Numbered from the stretch's first letter, positions 8,818-17,281 are shown. The stretch: 27,403 nt of DNA from Halalkalibacterium halodurans (GCF_004376175.1 NZ_SNUY01000030.1:18236-45638); one strand, 5' to 3'. Notes: generated by a model not told the origin, from the sequence alone. A program made the numbers and translations.

Positions 8818-9624
8818 TTATTGCGGTTTTGTACCAGAAAGGAAAGTAAATGAGAGATGATCTTGAACTGGAATCCAAGCGCCGATGCCTTGCTGAGTAA
8901 CATTTTTTATTTCTAGCTTCGGTTTTCCTGCTCGGAACGTTAAATAGACCTCACCGTACGTGACCTTTCCTTTTTCATTTGCTGCCGGAACATAGCTATG
9001 CAAGTAACCGATGTGCTTCGGCTGGATGTTATACGTTTGCGCTTTCTTCGTTCCTTCCCCAATGATTGTCTCAAAAGCAAGGGGCAGGCCTGTATTTTCC
9101 GCAGCTTTGATCATCATCATTTTCATCACTGCGTCACTTTTCGGAATTTGTGCTGTCAAGCCACCAGTGACTTTCTTTTGTTCTTCTTGATTATAAGTTA
9201 GAGTTTTAACTGACTTTCCACCACGATTATCTAGCACATTTTTGTTGACACGCTGATATTCCCAATTGACGTGGGTTTCCGATGATTCATAATAGAGGGG
9301 CCATTCACCTAAATAAATGGATGCTCGAAACGCAAGAGCAAGCGGCGATGAGCTAAAAGTCGATTCGTTAAACATCCGAATCAACTCTGGGTTTTCGATT
9401 GGAACGTCCGTCGAGTCTAAAAGCTGCTGTGCGAGCTCACTTGGCTGAAGACGGGGTAAATCCTGTGCAGGGTTCGGGTACGTATTTTCCTTTGCAATTG
9501 TCATCACTGAATCAGGAATTTTTATGCCTTTCTCTTCAGGGGCTTGGTCGTCACTTTCCGCAAGTGCTGGAACGGTTTGCAACGTAAAACAAAGAACAAG
9601 AGCAATGAGCAACAAACGCTTCAT
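8818..9624 (-). CDS. yfkD: YfkD-like secreted protein (function unknown)
   Basis: 268 aa with a Sec signal peptide (MKRLLLIALVLCFTLQTVPALA). Its size and its position next to yfkAB match B. subtilis yfkD. No enzymatic motif was recognised. Confidence 0.6.
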   Translation of the reverse strand: MKRLLLIALVLCFTLQTVPALAESDDQAPEEKGIKIPDSVMTIAKENTYPNPAQDLPRLQPSELAQQLLDSTDVPIENPELIRMFNESTFSSSPLALAFRASIYLGEWPLYYESSETHVNWEYQRVNKNVLDNRGGKSVKTLTYNQEEQKKVTGGLTAQIPKSDAVMKMMMIKAAENTGLPLAFETIIGEGTKKAQTYNIQPKHIGYLHSYVPAANEKGKVTYGEVYLTFRAGKPKLEIKNVTQQGIGAWIPVQDHLSFTFLSGTKPQ

Positions 9625-9767
9625 CTTAATTCCTCCTTGAGTAGATCATGATGATATTTCATATTGTTTTCGTTGCTCCGAAAATTATCCATCCTTTCCG
9701 TTACTCGATTTTTTTGTTACGGTGATAGAGAATAAAAGGAATAGGACGTTTCAGGAAGGAGTTCAAG

Positions 9768-10571
9768 ATGAAACAACATCATATGTTAATCATTGGGGCT
9801 GGACGGATGGCAGAAGCAATCTTTTCAGGGATCTTAAAACGAGAAGAAAACCCTTTTCATATCACGGTGAGTAATGATAAGGACGTGACCCGGTTAAAAG
9901 AGCTAAAAAAGACGTATCCCGTCAAAACAACGACCGATTGGACAGCGATGGCAGAAAAAGCAGATGTCATTTTACTCGCCTGCCCTCCCGCTGCTCACGA
10001 GAATGTGCTAAAAAAACTATCTCCTAGTTGCAATGGACAGCTCGTGATAACGGTGGCTGCTGGCATTGGCCCAACGGACTTGGAGACCCACCTTCCGAAA
10101 GGAACACCCACTGCATGGATTATGCCAAATACGGCGGCAAGTGTTGGGGAATCAATGTCGATCTACTGTTTCGGTCAACATGTAAAAGAGAGAGACAAAC
10201 AGCTTATCTCATTTATCCTTGATGCGATCGGTATGTCTGAACAGCTCACCGAATCACAAATTCATCATCTTACTGCCATTACGGGAAGTGCTCCGGCTTT
10301 TCTTTACTTTCTCGCTGAAGCATTGGAGCAATCAGCCCAATCCTATGGAGTGGCCCCTGAAAAAGCTCGAGAACTTGTCATTGGTATGATCACAGGAAGT
10401 GCCAAGATGCTGAAGGAGTATAAAGATCCAACACAACTTCGTGAACAAGTGACAACCCCTGGGGGAGCTACGGCTGCTGGATTACAATCATTGCTTCATG
10501 ATGACTTCCAAGGTGCGTTGCAACGAGCGGTGCAAGCGACTAATGGAAGAGCTCAGGCAAGAGCCAACTAG
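9768..10571 (+). CDS. proC: pyrroline-5-carboxylate reductase (ProC/ComER family paralogue)
   Basis: 267 aa. The N-terminus has a Rossmann motif (IIGAGRMAEA). The C-terminal P5CR signature region reads VTTPGGATAAGL. Confidence 0.8.
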   Translation: MKQHHMLIIGAGRMAEAIFSGILKREENPFHITVSNDKDVTRLKELKKTYPVKTTTDWTAMAEKADVILLACPPAAHENVLKKLSPSCNGQLVITVAAGIGPTDLETHLPKGTPTAWIMPNTAASVGESMSIYCFGQHVKERDKQLISFILDAIGMSEQLTESQIHHLTAITGSAPAFLYFLAEALEQSAQSYGVAPEKARELVIGMITGSAKMLKEYKDPTQLREQVTTPGGATAAGLQSLLHDDFQGALQRAVQATNGRAQARAN

Positions 10572-10642
10572 AAACGTCATTAAAATCAATCCACCAAAAA
10601 CAATCGTCATTTAGCCTTCTTTAAGAACCTTTTTACGCAGAG

Positions 10643-10673
10643 AAGACGTTTCCCTTTGAGAAACGTCTTTTTC
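10643..10673 (+). terminator. intrinsic terminator of the P5C reductase gene, overlapping the convergent MATE stop codon
   Basis: AAGACGTTTC-ccctttga-GAAACGTCTT followed by TTTT. Confidence 0.7.
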
Positions 10674-12036
10674 ATACTTTCGAATGACCGGTTTTTTGTG
10701 CCAATTCTTCGCCAACCTTTCGCCAATTTCCGAGGAAATAATAGCCGGTGGCGATCAGACTGCTCACAACAAAGGCGAACCCCATACCTAAAGCAATCCC
10801 TCGCTCCCCAAAAAGATCGGACATCCAATACGTTAGCGGGTATCGTAAGACCCAAAATGAAATGATATTAAGTAAAAGAACGGGGAACATAGCACCCGAA
10901 GCACGAACGATTCCATTTAAAACAAAATTAATTCCGAGAAACGGATAAAAGAAGGCAATTGTTTGAATATACATCGCGCCAAAAGCAACGGTCGCGTCAT
11001 CTCGGACAAAGAGACGAATGAAAAATTGAGCTCCTATAAAAGTAACCAATCCTATGAAAAGTGTGACGGCGATGATCAGCATAACCCCTTGCTTTGCTGT
11101 GGCGCGGACTCGCTCCCACTTATTTGCACCAATGTTTTGCCCCGCAATCGTATTAACTGCCGAACCGAGTGTCAACGCTGGAAGCATGATTAAGCTATCG
11201 AGGCGCTGGGCTGCACCGAACCCAGCAACCGCCTCCTCTCCAAAGCTTGTCACCACCGATAAAATGGCCGTAACACCTGATGAGATCGTGATCATCGATA
11301 GTCCCGCTGGCAAGCCTAGTTTAAAGAGGACGAAAAAATAACGCTTTTCCGGTACATAAGGGATTTGAAACGGGACACCAGCTTTCCGAACGGAATAGAT
11401 TAAACCATAGATAAAAGCCGTTCCTTGTGACACAATCGTCGCATAAGCCGCTCCGTCAATCCCTAGGTTAAAGCCAGCAATCATTAACGGATCGAGAATG
11501 ATATTTAAGATTACGGCAATAAAAATGAACCGCACTGGTGAACGGCTATCACCCATCGCACGCAAAACCGTTCCGATAAAATTATATCCAAAGAGAAATA
11601 GGATCCCGATAAAATTAATTTTTAAGTATGATTCAGCTAGCGGCAAAATCTCTTCTGGTGTGCCGAGTAGTTGTAAAATCGATGATGCGCTGAAATAGCC
11701 GATCAAGCCAAGGAGTATCGCCAGTAGCCCTAAGACAAACACGAACGCATTTAAAGAAGCTTTCAGCCCCGCTTCATCTTTCGCTCCTTGTCGTTGAGAA
11801 AGAACCGTTAACGTCGCTCCATTTAAACCAATAATAAACGACAAAACCATAAAAACAACAGTCGCAGAAATGGAGAGCGCCCCCAAAGCACTAGCGCCAA
11901 GCAAATTTCCAACCCAAAGACTGTCTGTGATCTGATACGAGGTTTGCAATAAATTGCTTAAGAAAATCGGCCAAGAAAACACCACCATTTTTTTCGTGAT
12001 GCTTCCTTCCGTAAAGTCAAGCTGCTTGTTATTCAT
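10672..12036 (-). CDS. MATE family efflux transporter
   Basis: About 12 TM segments with a typical MATE N-terminus (LDFTEGSITKKMVVFSWPIFLSNLLQ). The ATG at 12036 follows GGAAAGGA. The upstream ATG at 12075 lacks an SD. Confidence 0.85.
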   Translation of the reverse strand: MNNKQLDFTEGSITKKMVVFSWPIFLSNLLQTSYQITDSLWVGNLLGASALGALSISATVVFMVLSFIIGLNGATLTVLSQRQGAKDEAGLKASLNAFVFVLGLLAILLGLIGYFSASSILQLLGTPEEILPLAESYLKINFIGILFLFGYNFIGTVLRAMGDSRSPVRFIFIAVILNIILDPLMIAGFNLGIDGAAYATIVSQGTAFIYGLIYSVRKAGVPFQIPYVPEKRYFFVLFKLGLPAGLSMITISSGVTAILSVVTSFGEEAVAGFGAAQRLDSLIMLPALTLGSAVNTIAGQNIGANKWERVRATAKQGVMLIIAVTLFIGLVTFIGAQFFIRLFVRDDATVAFGAMYIQTIAFFYPFLGINFVLNGIVRASGAMFPVLLLNIISFWVLRYPLTYWMSDLFGERGIALGMGFAFVVSSLIATGYYFLGNWRKVGEELAQKTGHSKV

Positions 12037-12130
12037 CCTAGGTCCTTTCCAATCTGCCAATGTCTCTTCTTTCATTATAGGATGTCCGATCTGTTAGAAA
12101 AAGAAAAAACACTCCATGAAAACAGAGCGC

Positions 12131-12511
12131 TTATTTCAATTCAAATGTTTCAGTTATACGTATGCTATCTTTTACGGACTGAACAATCGGACAGTTTTTC
12201 CACGTCACATGCAAGGCTTTCTTTATCTTTTCTTCAGAAGCATCTACCCCAAACAAGCTAAAATGTAACGCAATGTCTGTCACTTCATTGACCCCTTGTT
12301 CGTTTCGCTTAACGTCCGCGGTAATTTTCATATCGTCATAGCTAATCCGCATCTTGTCTAACACTTTTCGCAAGACACCACCACTGCACACAGCAATGGA
12401 TGACACGAGCAACTGGTACGGCCGAAAACCATACTGTTCATTTCCTGATACTTCTAACGTGCCAAAGTCAAGCTCTGTTATAAAGCTGTTCTCTCTCATT
12501 GAAAAATTCAT
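12131..12511 (-). CDS. OsmC/Ohr family protein
   Basis: About 126 aa. The pattern GFRPYQLLVSSIAVCSGG ... KNCPIVQSV has the two conserved Cys regions of OsmC-like proteins. The ATG at 12511 follows GGGAGAG. Confidence 0.7.
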   Translation of the reverse strand: MNFSMRENSFITELDFGTLEVSGNEQYGFRPYQLLVSSIAVCSGGVLRKVLDKMRISYDDMKITADVKRNEQGVNEVTDIALHFSLFGVDASEEKIKKALHVTWKNCPIVQSVKDSIRITETFELK

Positions 12512-12675
12512 CAAGCTCTCCCTTTCAAAAGTCATTTTTCTTTATTGTATCATGAACGAGCTTTTCTCTTCCGTGTTCATGCGTACTCCCTATGATGGAA
12601 ATAAAATGGTTCCATCTTTTCGGGAAACGAAGTAAAATAGGTATGTTGATTCTTTGACCGAAAAGGGGATTATAC

Positions 12676-13881
12676 ATGACGATTCCAACAAAACAAAATT
12701 CTCCGACCTACCGATTATTTGTGTTAATTGTCATGGTCGCTATCGCTGGCTTTGCCCAAGGGATGCTTTTACCCCTTCTTGCCATTATGCTAGAGAAGGC
12801 AGGTGTCTCATCGTCACTGAACGGATTGAATGCTGCAGCCCTTTATATCGGCATTTTGCTTGCCTCACCGTTCATCGAAAAACCATTGCGCCGCTATGGC
12901 TATAAGCCGATTATTACAATTGGACTCATGGCGATGATTGTTTCTTTATTGGTATTACCGTTATGGCAAGCGTTTTGGTTCTGGTTTGTGTTAAGAATGA
13001 TCATTGGCATAGCAGATAATATGGTTCATTTTGCCACTCAAGTGTGGATTACGACGACAAGCCCGATGAAGAAGCGCGGCCGTAACATTTCCTTTTATGG
13101 GTTCGCCTTCGGTCTCGGATTTGGGCTCGGTCCGTTCATGACAAGACTGCTGCAGATCAATGAATTTTTACCATTTATCCTATCTGCCATTACGAGCTTT
13201 GCTGCTTGGCTACTTATTTTGAGACTTCGAAACGAGTATCCAGCCCAAGATGTTGAGACCGGCTCCCAATCAGGGACGTGGACTTGTTATAAAGCAGTCG
13301 TTAAGCTAGGTTGGTTCGCCCTTCTCCCAGCGTTTTGCTACGGCTATTTAGAATCTTCCTTACACGGTAACTTCCCGGTATACGGATTACGATCAGGATT
13401 AACCGTTGAGCAGGTGTCCATCCTGCTTCCCGCATTTGTCGTTGGTGGATTAATTACGCAAATGCCACTAGGATTTTTAAGTGACAGAATGGGGCGTAAA
13501 CCGCTTCTTCTTATGGTCCTGTTTTTCGGCGGCGCGACATTTATGTCCATGGTCTATTTGGAGCATACGTTTATTGGACTCTTTCTCTCTTTCGCCCTCG
13601 CCGGAGCTTTCGTAGGATCTCTTTATTCACTTGGCGTTATGTATATGGCTGATTTGCTTCCGCCCCACTTATTGCCGACCGGCAACGTAATGATGGCTGT
13701 CAGCTTTGGACTAGGCAGTATGATCGGTCCTATGGTCGGAGGAGTCTTTATTGATCTTTTTGAACGGGGAAGTCTTTATTACTCTGTTAGTGGTATTCTT
13801 CTGCTCATCTTTTTCCTTGGTATTTGTTTTCGCTCTCATGCACCAATGAAAAACCAACAAAAAGAGGTGGCCCACTCATGA
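12676..13881 (+). CDS. MFS transporter
   Basis: 401 aa with 12 predicted TM segments. MFS loop motifs are present (GFLSDRMGRKP). SD AAAGGGGA lies upstream. Confidence 0.85.
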   Translation: MTIPTKQNSPTYRLFVLIVMVAIAGFAQGMLLPLLAIMLEKAGVSSSLNGLNAAALYIGILLASPFIEKPLRRYGYKPIITIGLMAMIVSLLVLPLWQAFWFWFVLRMIIGIADNMVHFATQVWITTTSPMKKRGRNISFYGFAFGLGFGLGPFMTRLLQINEFLPFILSAITSFAAWLLILRLRNEYPAQDVETGSQSGTWTCYKAVVKLGWFALLPAFCYGYLESSLHGNFPVYGLRSGLTVEQVSILLPAFVVGGLITQMPLGFLSDRMGRKPLLLMVLFFGGATFMSMVYLEHTFIGLFLSFALAGAFVGSLYSLGVMYMADLLPPHLLPTGNVMMAVSFGLGSMIGPMVGGVFIDLFERGSLYYSVSGILLLIFFLGICFRSHAPMKNQQKEVAHS

Positions 13882-14147
13882 CCACCTCTTATGCTCCAAC
13901 CATCCCAAGTATCATTTATTCAATGAACAATCTGGGGTCGAAACGATTACTATCTTTTGGAGACACCTCATTTCATTGATGTTACGAAGAACATACTAGA
14001 AACTTCTTGATCTTCTCCAACGTCATCACCTCAATCGAGACATAGACGAAATCGTTGCTTGCCTATTGTGTTTTGAACATCAACTTGAGTGGATGGAACT
14101 GGGCAGCAATGGCTGCCATGATAGTAGCTTGTCCGAATCGTCCTTTC

Positions 14148-14525
14148 TTATTCATCTTCTTTGATTTTCATTTGCTTCAATTGTTCGGCTGCTTCTTTCG
14201 TTGCTTTCACAATTTCCTCAGAGCTTTCTTTCAGGTGATTTGCTGTTTCTGAAATGGTTTTTACATCCTCGGTAATTTCCCGAATCACCGTCGATACATC
14301 CTGGGCCGCTCCTCGAATAGAGCTAATGATTTCTTCACGATTCTCTCGGAGAAAAGAAACCGCTTCTGCTGATGAATGTTTAACTTCCTTTGCTCCTTGG
14401 ACGATTTTCGTTCGCCACTCTTTTCGACTCAAGATGACAGCTAAAGCAACGGTTCCGCCTACTAATAGACCTTTACATAACGTTTTGCACGATGATTTTT
14501 TTTCGTATCGTTGCTTTGTTTCCAT
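14148..14525 (-). CDS. YtxH-domain / general-stress-like protein with N-terminal membrane anchor
   Basis: 125 aa. One TM segment (GLLVGGTVALAVIL) is followed by a long charged helical region, as in YtxH-like proteins. Confidence 0.55.
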   Translation of the reverse strand: METKQRYEKKSSCKTLCKGLLVGGTVALAVILSRKEWRTKIVQGAKEVKHSSAEAVSFLRENREEIISSIRGAAQDVSTVIREITEDVKTISETANHLKESSEEIVKATKEAAEQLKQMKIKEDE

Positions 14526-14611
14526 ACGCCATACCTCCTTTACTGTATGAACTTCCTATTCTCCATCTTACCAACTTTTGCAAAGGAGGAAAAGGCACTT
14601 TTCATGAATGA

Positions 14612-15565
14612 TCAGTCATTCATTTTAAACAAACAACGTTCTCCTTGTTGCACTTGTTCCACCTGCTCGTTTACCATTAATAACTCTAAGTGACCATAAA
14701 CTTCAGAAAATGTAAGCTCCGGCTGTCCTTGGTGAACATCTGCAAACAAACGCTCACATAAATCCGTTACAGTCATCGCCTCTCCATTCATCAATTGTAA
14801 AATATCCTGGGCTCGTTTTTCGTGGGCAAGCAATCGTTGGTCAACAAGCTCTGCGACATTTTCAATCACCGGACCGTGACCGGGGTAAAGCTTTTTAATC
14901 GAAAGTTGCTTAACCTTTCGTAACGTATCGCGATATTGAAGCAAGGACTTTGGCTTTGGCTCTCCTTTTTTTGGTGCTTCAAGCAAAGCATTAGAGGAAA
15001 CAGAGGCCAATAAAACGTCACCACCAATCGCGACTTGGGCTTTGCGGTGATAAAGGAGAATATGGCTTTGCGCATGACCTGGCGCTTCATAAACAACCCA
15101 ATCCGGTAAGAATGGAAGTTCATCTCCCTCCCCCACTTCCGTGTCTAGCGTTGTCTCCTTTACAAATCCGAGATAATCCACATACGATTTTTTCACCTGC
15201 TTCAAATGCTGATCTGATAAGCCATGTTGCCGATAAAACGGGTAAAAGAAATTAGCATACTCTGCGAAAAACTGTTCATCCTTTTCGAGCCAAGGCCTTA
15301 ATAACGAGTGACCGATTATGGTTGCCTCTGGCCATCTAAATGTTAAGCCTACATGATCTGGATGGTGGTGGGTTAAAATAATTTGCTTCACATCGTACGG
15401 ATCGACCCCTATTGACCGAAGCTGTACTGTCAGTTCATCCCATGCTTCCGCCGTGTTAGGACCTGTATCAACAAGAGTTAGCACAGGACCTTCGATTAAA
15501 TAAAGATGAACGGGACCAACGCGGAAAGGGGTCGGAATGGTTAGCTGATGAATGGATGGTTCCAT
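14612..15565 (-). CDS. MBL-fold metallo-hydrolase
   Basis: It has the HHHPDH metal-binding motif, later His and Asp ligands, and a C-terminal helical extension. The ATG at 15565 lies 7 nt after AGGAGG. The ORF-track start at 15583 overlaps that SD. Confidence 0.85.
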   Translation of the reverse strand: MEPSIHQLTIPTPFRVGPVHLYLIEGPVLTLVDTGPNTAEAWDELTVQLRSIGVDPYDVKQIILTHHHPDHVGLTFRWPEATIIGHSLLRPWLEKDEQFFAEYANFFYPFYRQHGLSDQHLKQVKKSYVDYLGFVKETTLDTEVGEGDELPFLPDWVVYEAPGHAQSHILLYHRKAQVAIGGDVLLASVSSNALLEAPKKGEPKPKSLLQYRDTLRKVKQLSIKKLYPGHGPVIENVAELVDQRLLAHEKRAQDILQLMNGEAMTVTDLCERLFADVHQGQPELTFSEVYGHLELLMVNEQVEQVQQGERCLFKMND

Positions 15566-15605
15566 AGTACTTCCTCCTAACATTTCACGTCTGCATATCT
15601 TTACG

Positions 15606-15644
15606 TAAAAAATAAGGTGCTTAACAAATTTTGTTAAACACCTT
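15606..15644 (-). terminator. strong intrinsic terminator after the 48-codon gene
   Basis: The minus strand reads AAGGTGTTTAACAA-aat-TTGTTAAGCACCTT (14-bp stem with one U-G pair) followed by ATTTTTT. Confidence 0.8.
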
Positions 15645-15655
15645 TATCATAACAT

Positions 15656-15802
15656 TTAATTATAGGCTTCTGTTAAAAAATGATCGGTTTCTAGAGAATC
15701 AAAGCCCTCTTTTTTTGATTGCTTTAACTCCTTGATCTCAACCTTTAAACGCTCAATCATTCTCTCCATGTCATCTAGCTGCTTTTTCTCTGATACTGTC
15801 AT
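15656..15802 (-). CDS. small (48 aa) charged coiled-coil-like protein, unannotated in the ORF track
   Basis: ATG ACA GTA TCA... encodes MTVSEKKQLDDMERMIERLKVEIKELKQSKKEGFDSLETDHFLTEAYN*. The start is preceded by AGGAGGAGAGGGAG. The gene is followed by the strong terminator at 15606-15644. Confidence 0.6.
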   Translation of the reverse strand: MTVSEKKQLDDMERMIERLKVEIKELKQSKKEGFDSLETDHFLTEAYN

Positions 15803-16117
15803 GGTCTCCCTCTCCTCCTCATTCATTCTCCATGAGCGGTTGTTCAGTTCCTCTCGACAAAGACAATTGTACTTTTTAATTTAAAGTTAAAAATATTCTA
15901 ACAACAATTCGATGAAAAGTAAATGCCTCTTTCCCCATTTTTATATATTTTTTTAAGAGGACGATTTTGTGAGTAGTATTCACGTATTCTTTTAACGTAT
16001 TGCTTGAAAAATAAAACAGTTCTCTTATTCGAAATATTGTAACAATTTATTAACAAATACCTATTTTTTGTCGATATAATAAGTACTAAGAAATACTTTG
16101 AAAAGGATAGGTGCCGT

Positions 16118-16264
16118 ATGGGTAGAAAACTTTTATCGTTTGAAGAGCTTGTCCTTGAAAACAAGAAAGAGCTTCTGAACGATCCCGAACAACTGTCCAA
16201 GATCGAAAAACGTCTCGATGAAAAACAGGCACAAGCGCAGAAAACGATTAAAAAAGCCAATTAG
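16118..16264 (+). CDS. fbpB: FbpB-family (Fur-regulated basic protein B-like) small basic protein, 48 aa, unannotated in the ORF track
   Basis: It encodes MGRKLLSFEELVLENKKELLNDPEQLSKIEKRLDEKQAQAQKTIKKAN*. The SF-ELV-ENK-ELL ... IE-R pattern matches my recollection of FbpA/FbpB-type proteins. An SD-like AAAGGATAGGTG lies upstream and a terminator follows immediately downstream. Confidence 0.65.
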   Translation: MGRKLLSFEELVLENKKELLNDPEQLSKIEKRLDEKQAQAQKTIKKAN

Positions 16265-16267
16265 CAC

Positions 16268-16310
16268 AAAAGCAAATCCCTTCGATTTGTTGTCGGAGGG
16301 ATTTGCTTTT
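16268..16310. terminator. bidirectional terminator shared by the fbpB-like gene and the convergent hydrolase gene
   Basis: AAAAGCAAATCCCT - 15 nt - AGGGATTTGCTTTT. Confidence 0.8.
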
Positions 16311-17166
16311 ACGTTTTTTTGAGTCTTTTTAAAATGAAACGAAACACGAGCTCACGAATCAAATCGCCTTCATTCCATAAATGGTGCCCACCTCCATCGA
16401 TTAGAATCCGCTCAGCTGATGGCAATGTTTCAGCCAACCACTTCATGTTTGCTTTCCAATGAACAGTCGTATCTCTCGTCCCTTGTAGAATCGTTACATT
16501 TTCAGCTGAACATTTTGCTCTTCTTCTCATATCCTCATGCCACTGTAAATAGGCATCAAACCACGTAAGAGGTATGACTTCATGCTGTAATGGATCTTCC
16601 TCGATAGCTTTCATAAACAATGGGTCAGAGGAGTTTGTCCGATAAATTCGTCGAACTTGCTTTCTCCACTTACGAACAAAAGGAAGAAAAAGCTTCCCTA
16701 TACGATGGGACGGCAGCTTAATTAAAGGGGATGTTAGCACAATCCCTCCTGTTGGCATCTCTTTTAGATTGTTTGTTAACCCATCGAGAACAACCCCGGC
16801 CCCTGTCGAATGGGCTATTAAGTGAATACGGTCACTCCCCCACCTTTCGATCATATCCTGAACAAGTTGAAGAAAAATCGTGTTATACTGCCTGAATGAT
16901 TGAATATGATAGGTTTCCCCTTTCGACAACCCGTGTCCTGGCCAATCAAGCGCCACCACTTCAAATCCCTCGCTAATCAAGCGATTGATCAAGCGAGCAG
17001 ACGTAAGACTATGATCCATATATCCGTGAAGTAATAAAATGGTGTCATTGTTTTTTTGCAATGGTTCAAAGTGATGAATAAACACTTCCTCGTCGGCCAG
17101 TCGATAAAATTGCCCCTGAATCTTCGTATTCCTTGTAGCTATTCCGTAGGCTTCATAATGTTTCAT
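16309..17166 (-). CDS. alpha/beta hydrolase (lysophospholipase / monoacylglycerol lipase-like)
   Basis: It has an HG oxyanion motif (LLLHGYMDH), a nucleophile elbow AHSTGAG (GxSxG) and a C-terminal GGGHHL. The ATG at 17166 follows GGAGGA. The longer ORF-track start has no SD. Confidence 0.8.
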   Translation of the reverse strand: MKHYEAYGIATRNTKIQGQFYRLADEEVFIHHFEPLQKNNDTILLLHGYMDHSLTSARLINRLISEGFEVVALDWPGHGLSKGETYHIQSFRQYNTIFLQLVQDMIERWGSDRIHLIAHSTGAGVVLDGLTNNLKEMPTGGIVLTSPLIKLPSHRIGKLFLPFVRKWRKQVRRIYRTNSSDPLFMKAIEEDPLQHEVIPLTWFDAYLQWHEDMRRRAKCSAENVTILQGTRDTTVHWKANMKWLAETLPSAERILIDGGGHHLWNEGDLIRELVFRFILKRLKKT

Positions 17167-17281
17167 GGGGATTCCTCCAACATCCGCTTCTTTTTCCAAC
17201 CTCATGCATAGTTTACCAACCTTAGTCAAAAAGTAAAAAAGAACTTCTTCTCCATTTTGAAATAAGAAAGGAAGATGGGAA

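Noticed and set aside
9625-9767. T-box or other riboswitch leader upstream of the P5C reductase gene
   Set aside because: The interval of about 140 nt is too short for a T-box. It lacks the AGGGTGGNACCGCG-type conserved box. Only a weak 6/7 hairpin without a U-run is present.
13863-13889. AGAGGTGG-11 nt-CCACCTCT hairpin overlapping the MFS stop codon as a terminator
   Set aside because: No U-run follows it, so function as an intrinsic terminator is doubtful.
16020-16117. Fur box upstream of the FbpB-like gene
   Set aside because: The best alignments to GATAATGATAATCATTATC reach only about half identity in already AT-rich DNA. This is no better than chance.
15898-16260. 120-aa minus-strand ORF in the AT-rich gap
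   Set aside because: It is low-complexity (Ser/Phe/Cys-rich), has no SD, and lies exactly antisense to the well-formed FbpB-like gene. It spans intergenic AT-rich DNA and is most likely a shadow ORF.
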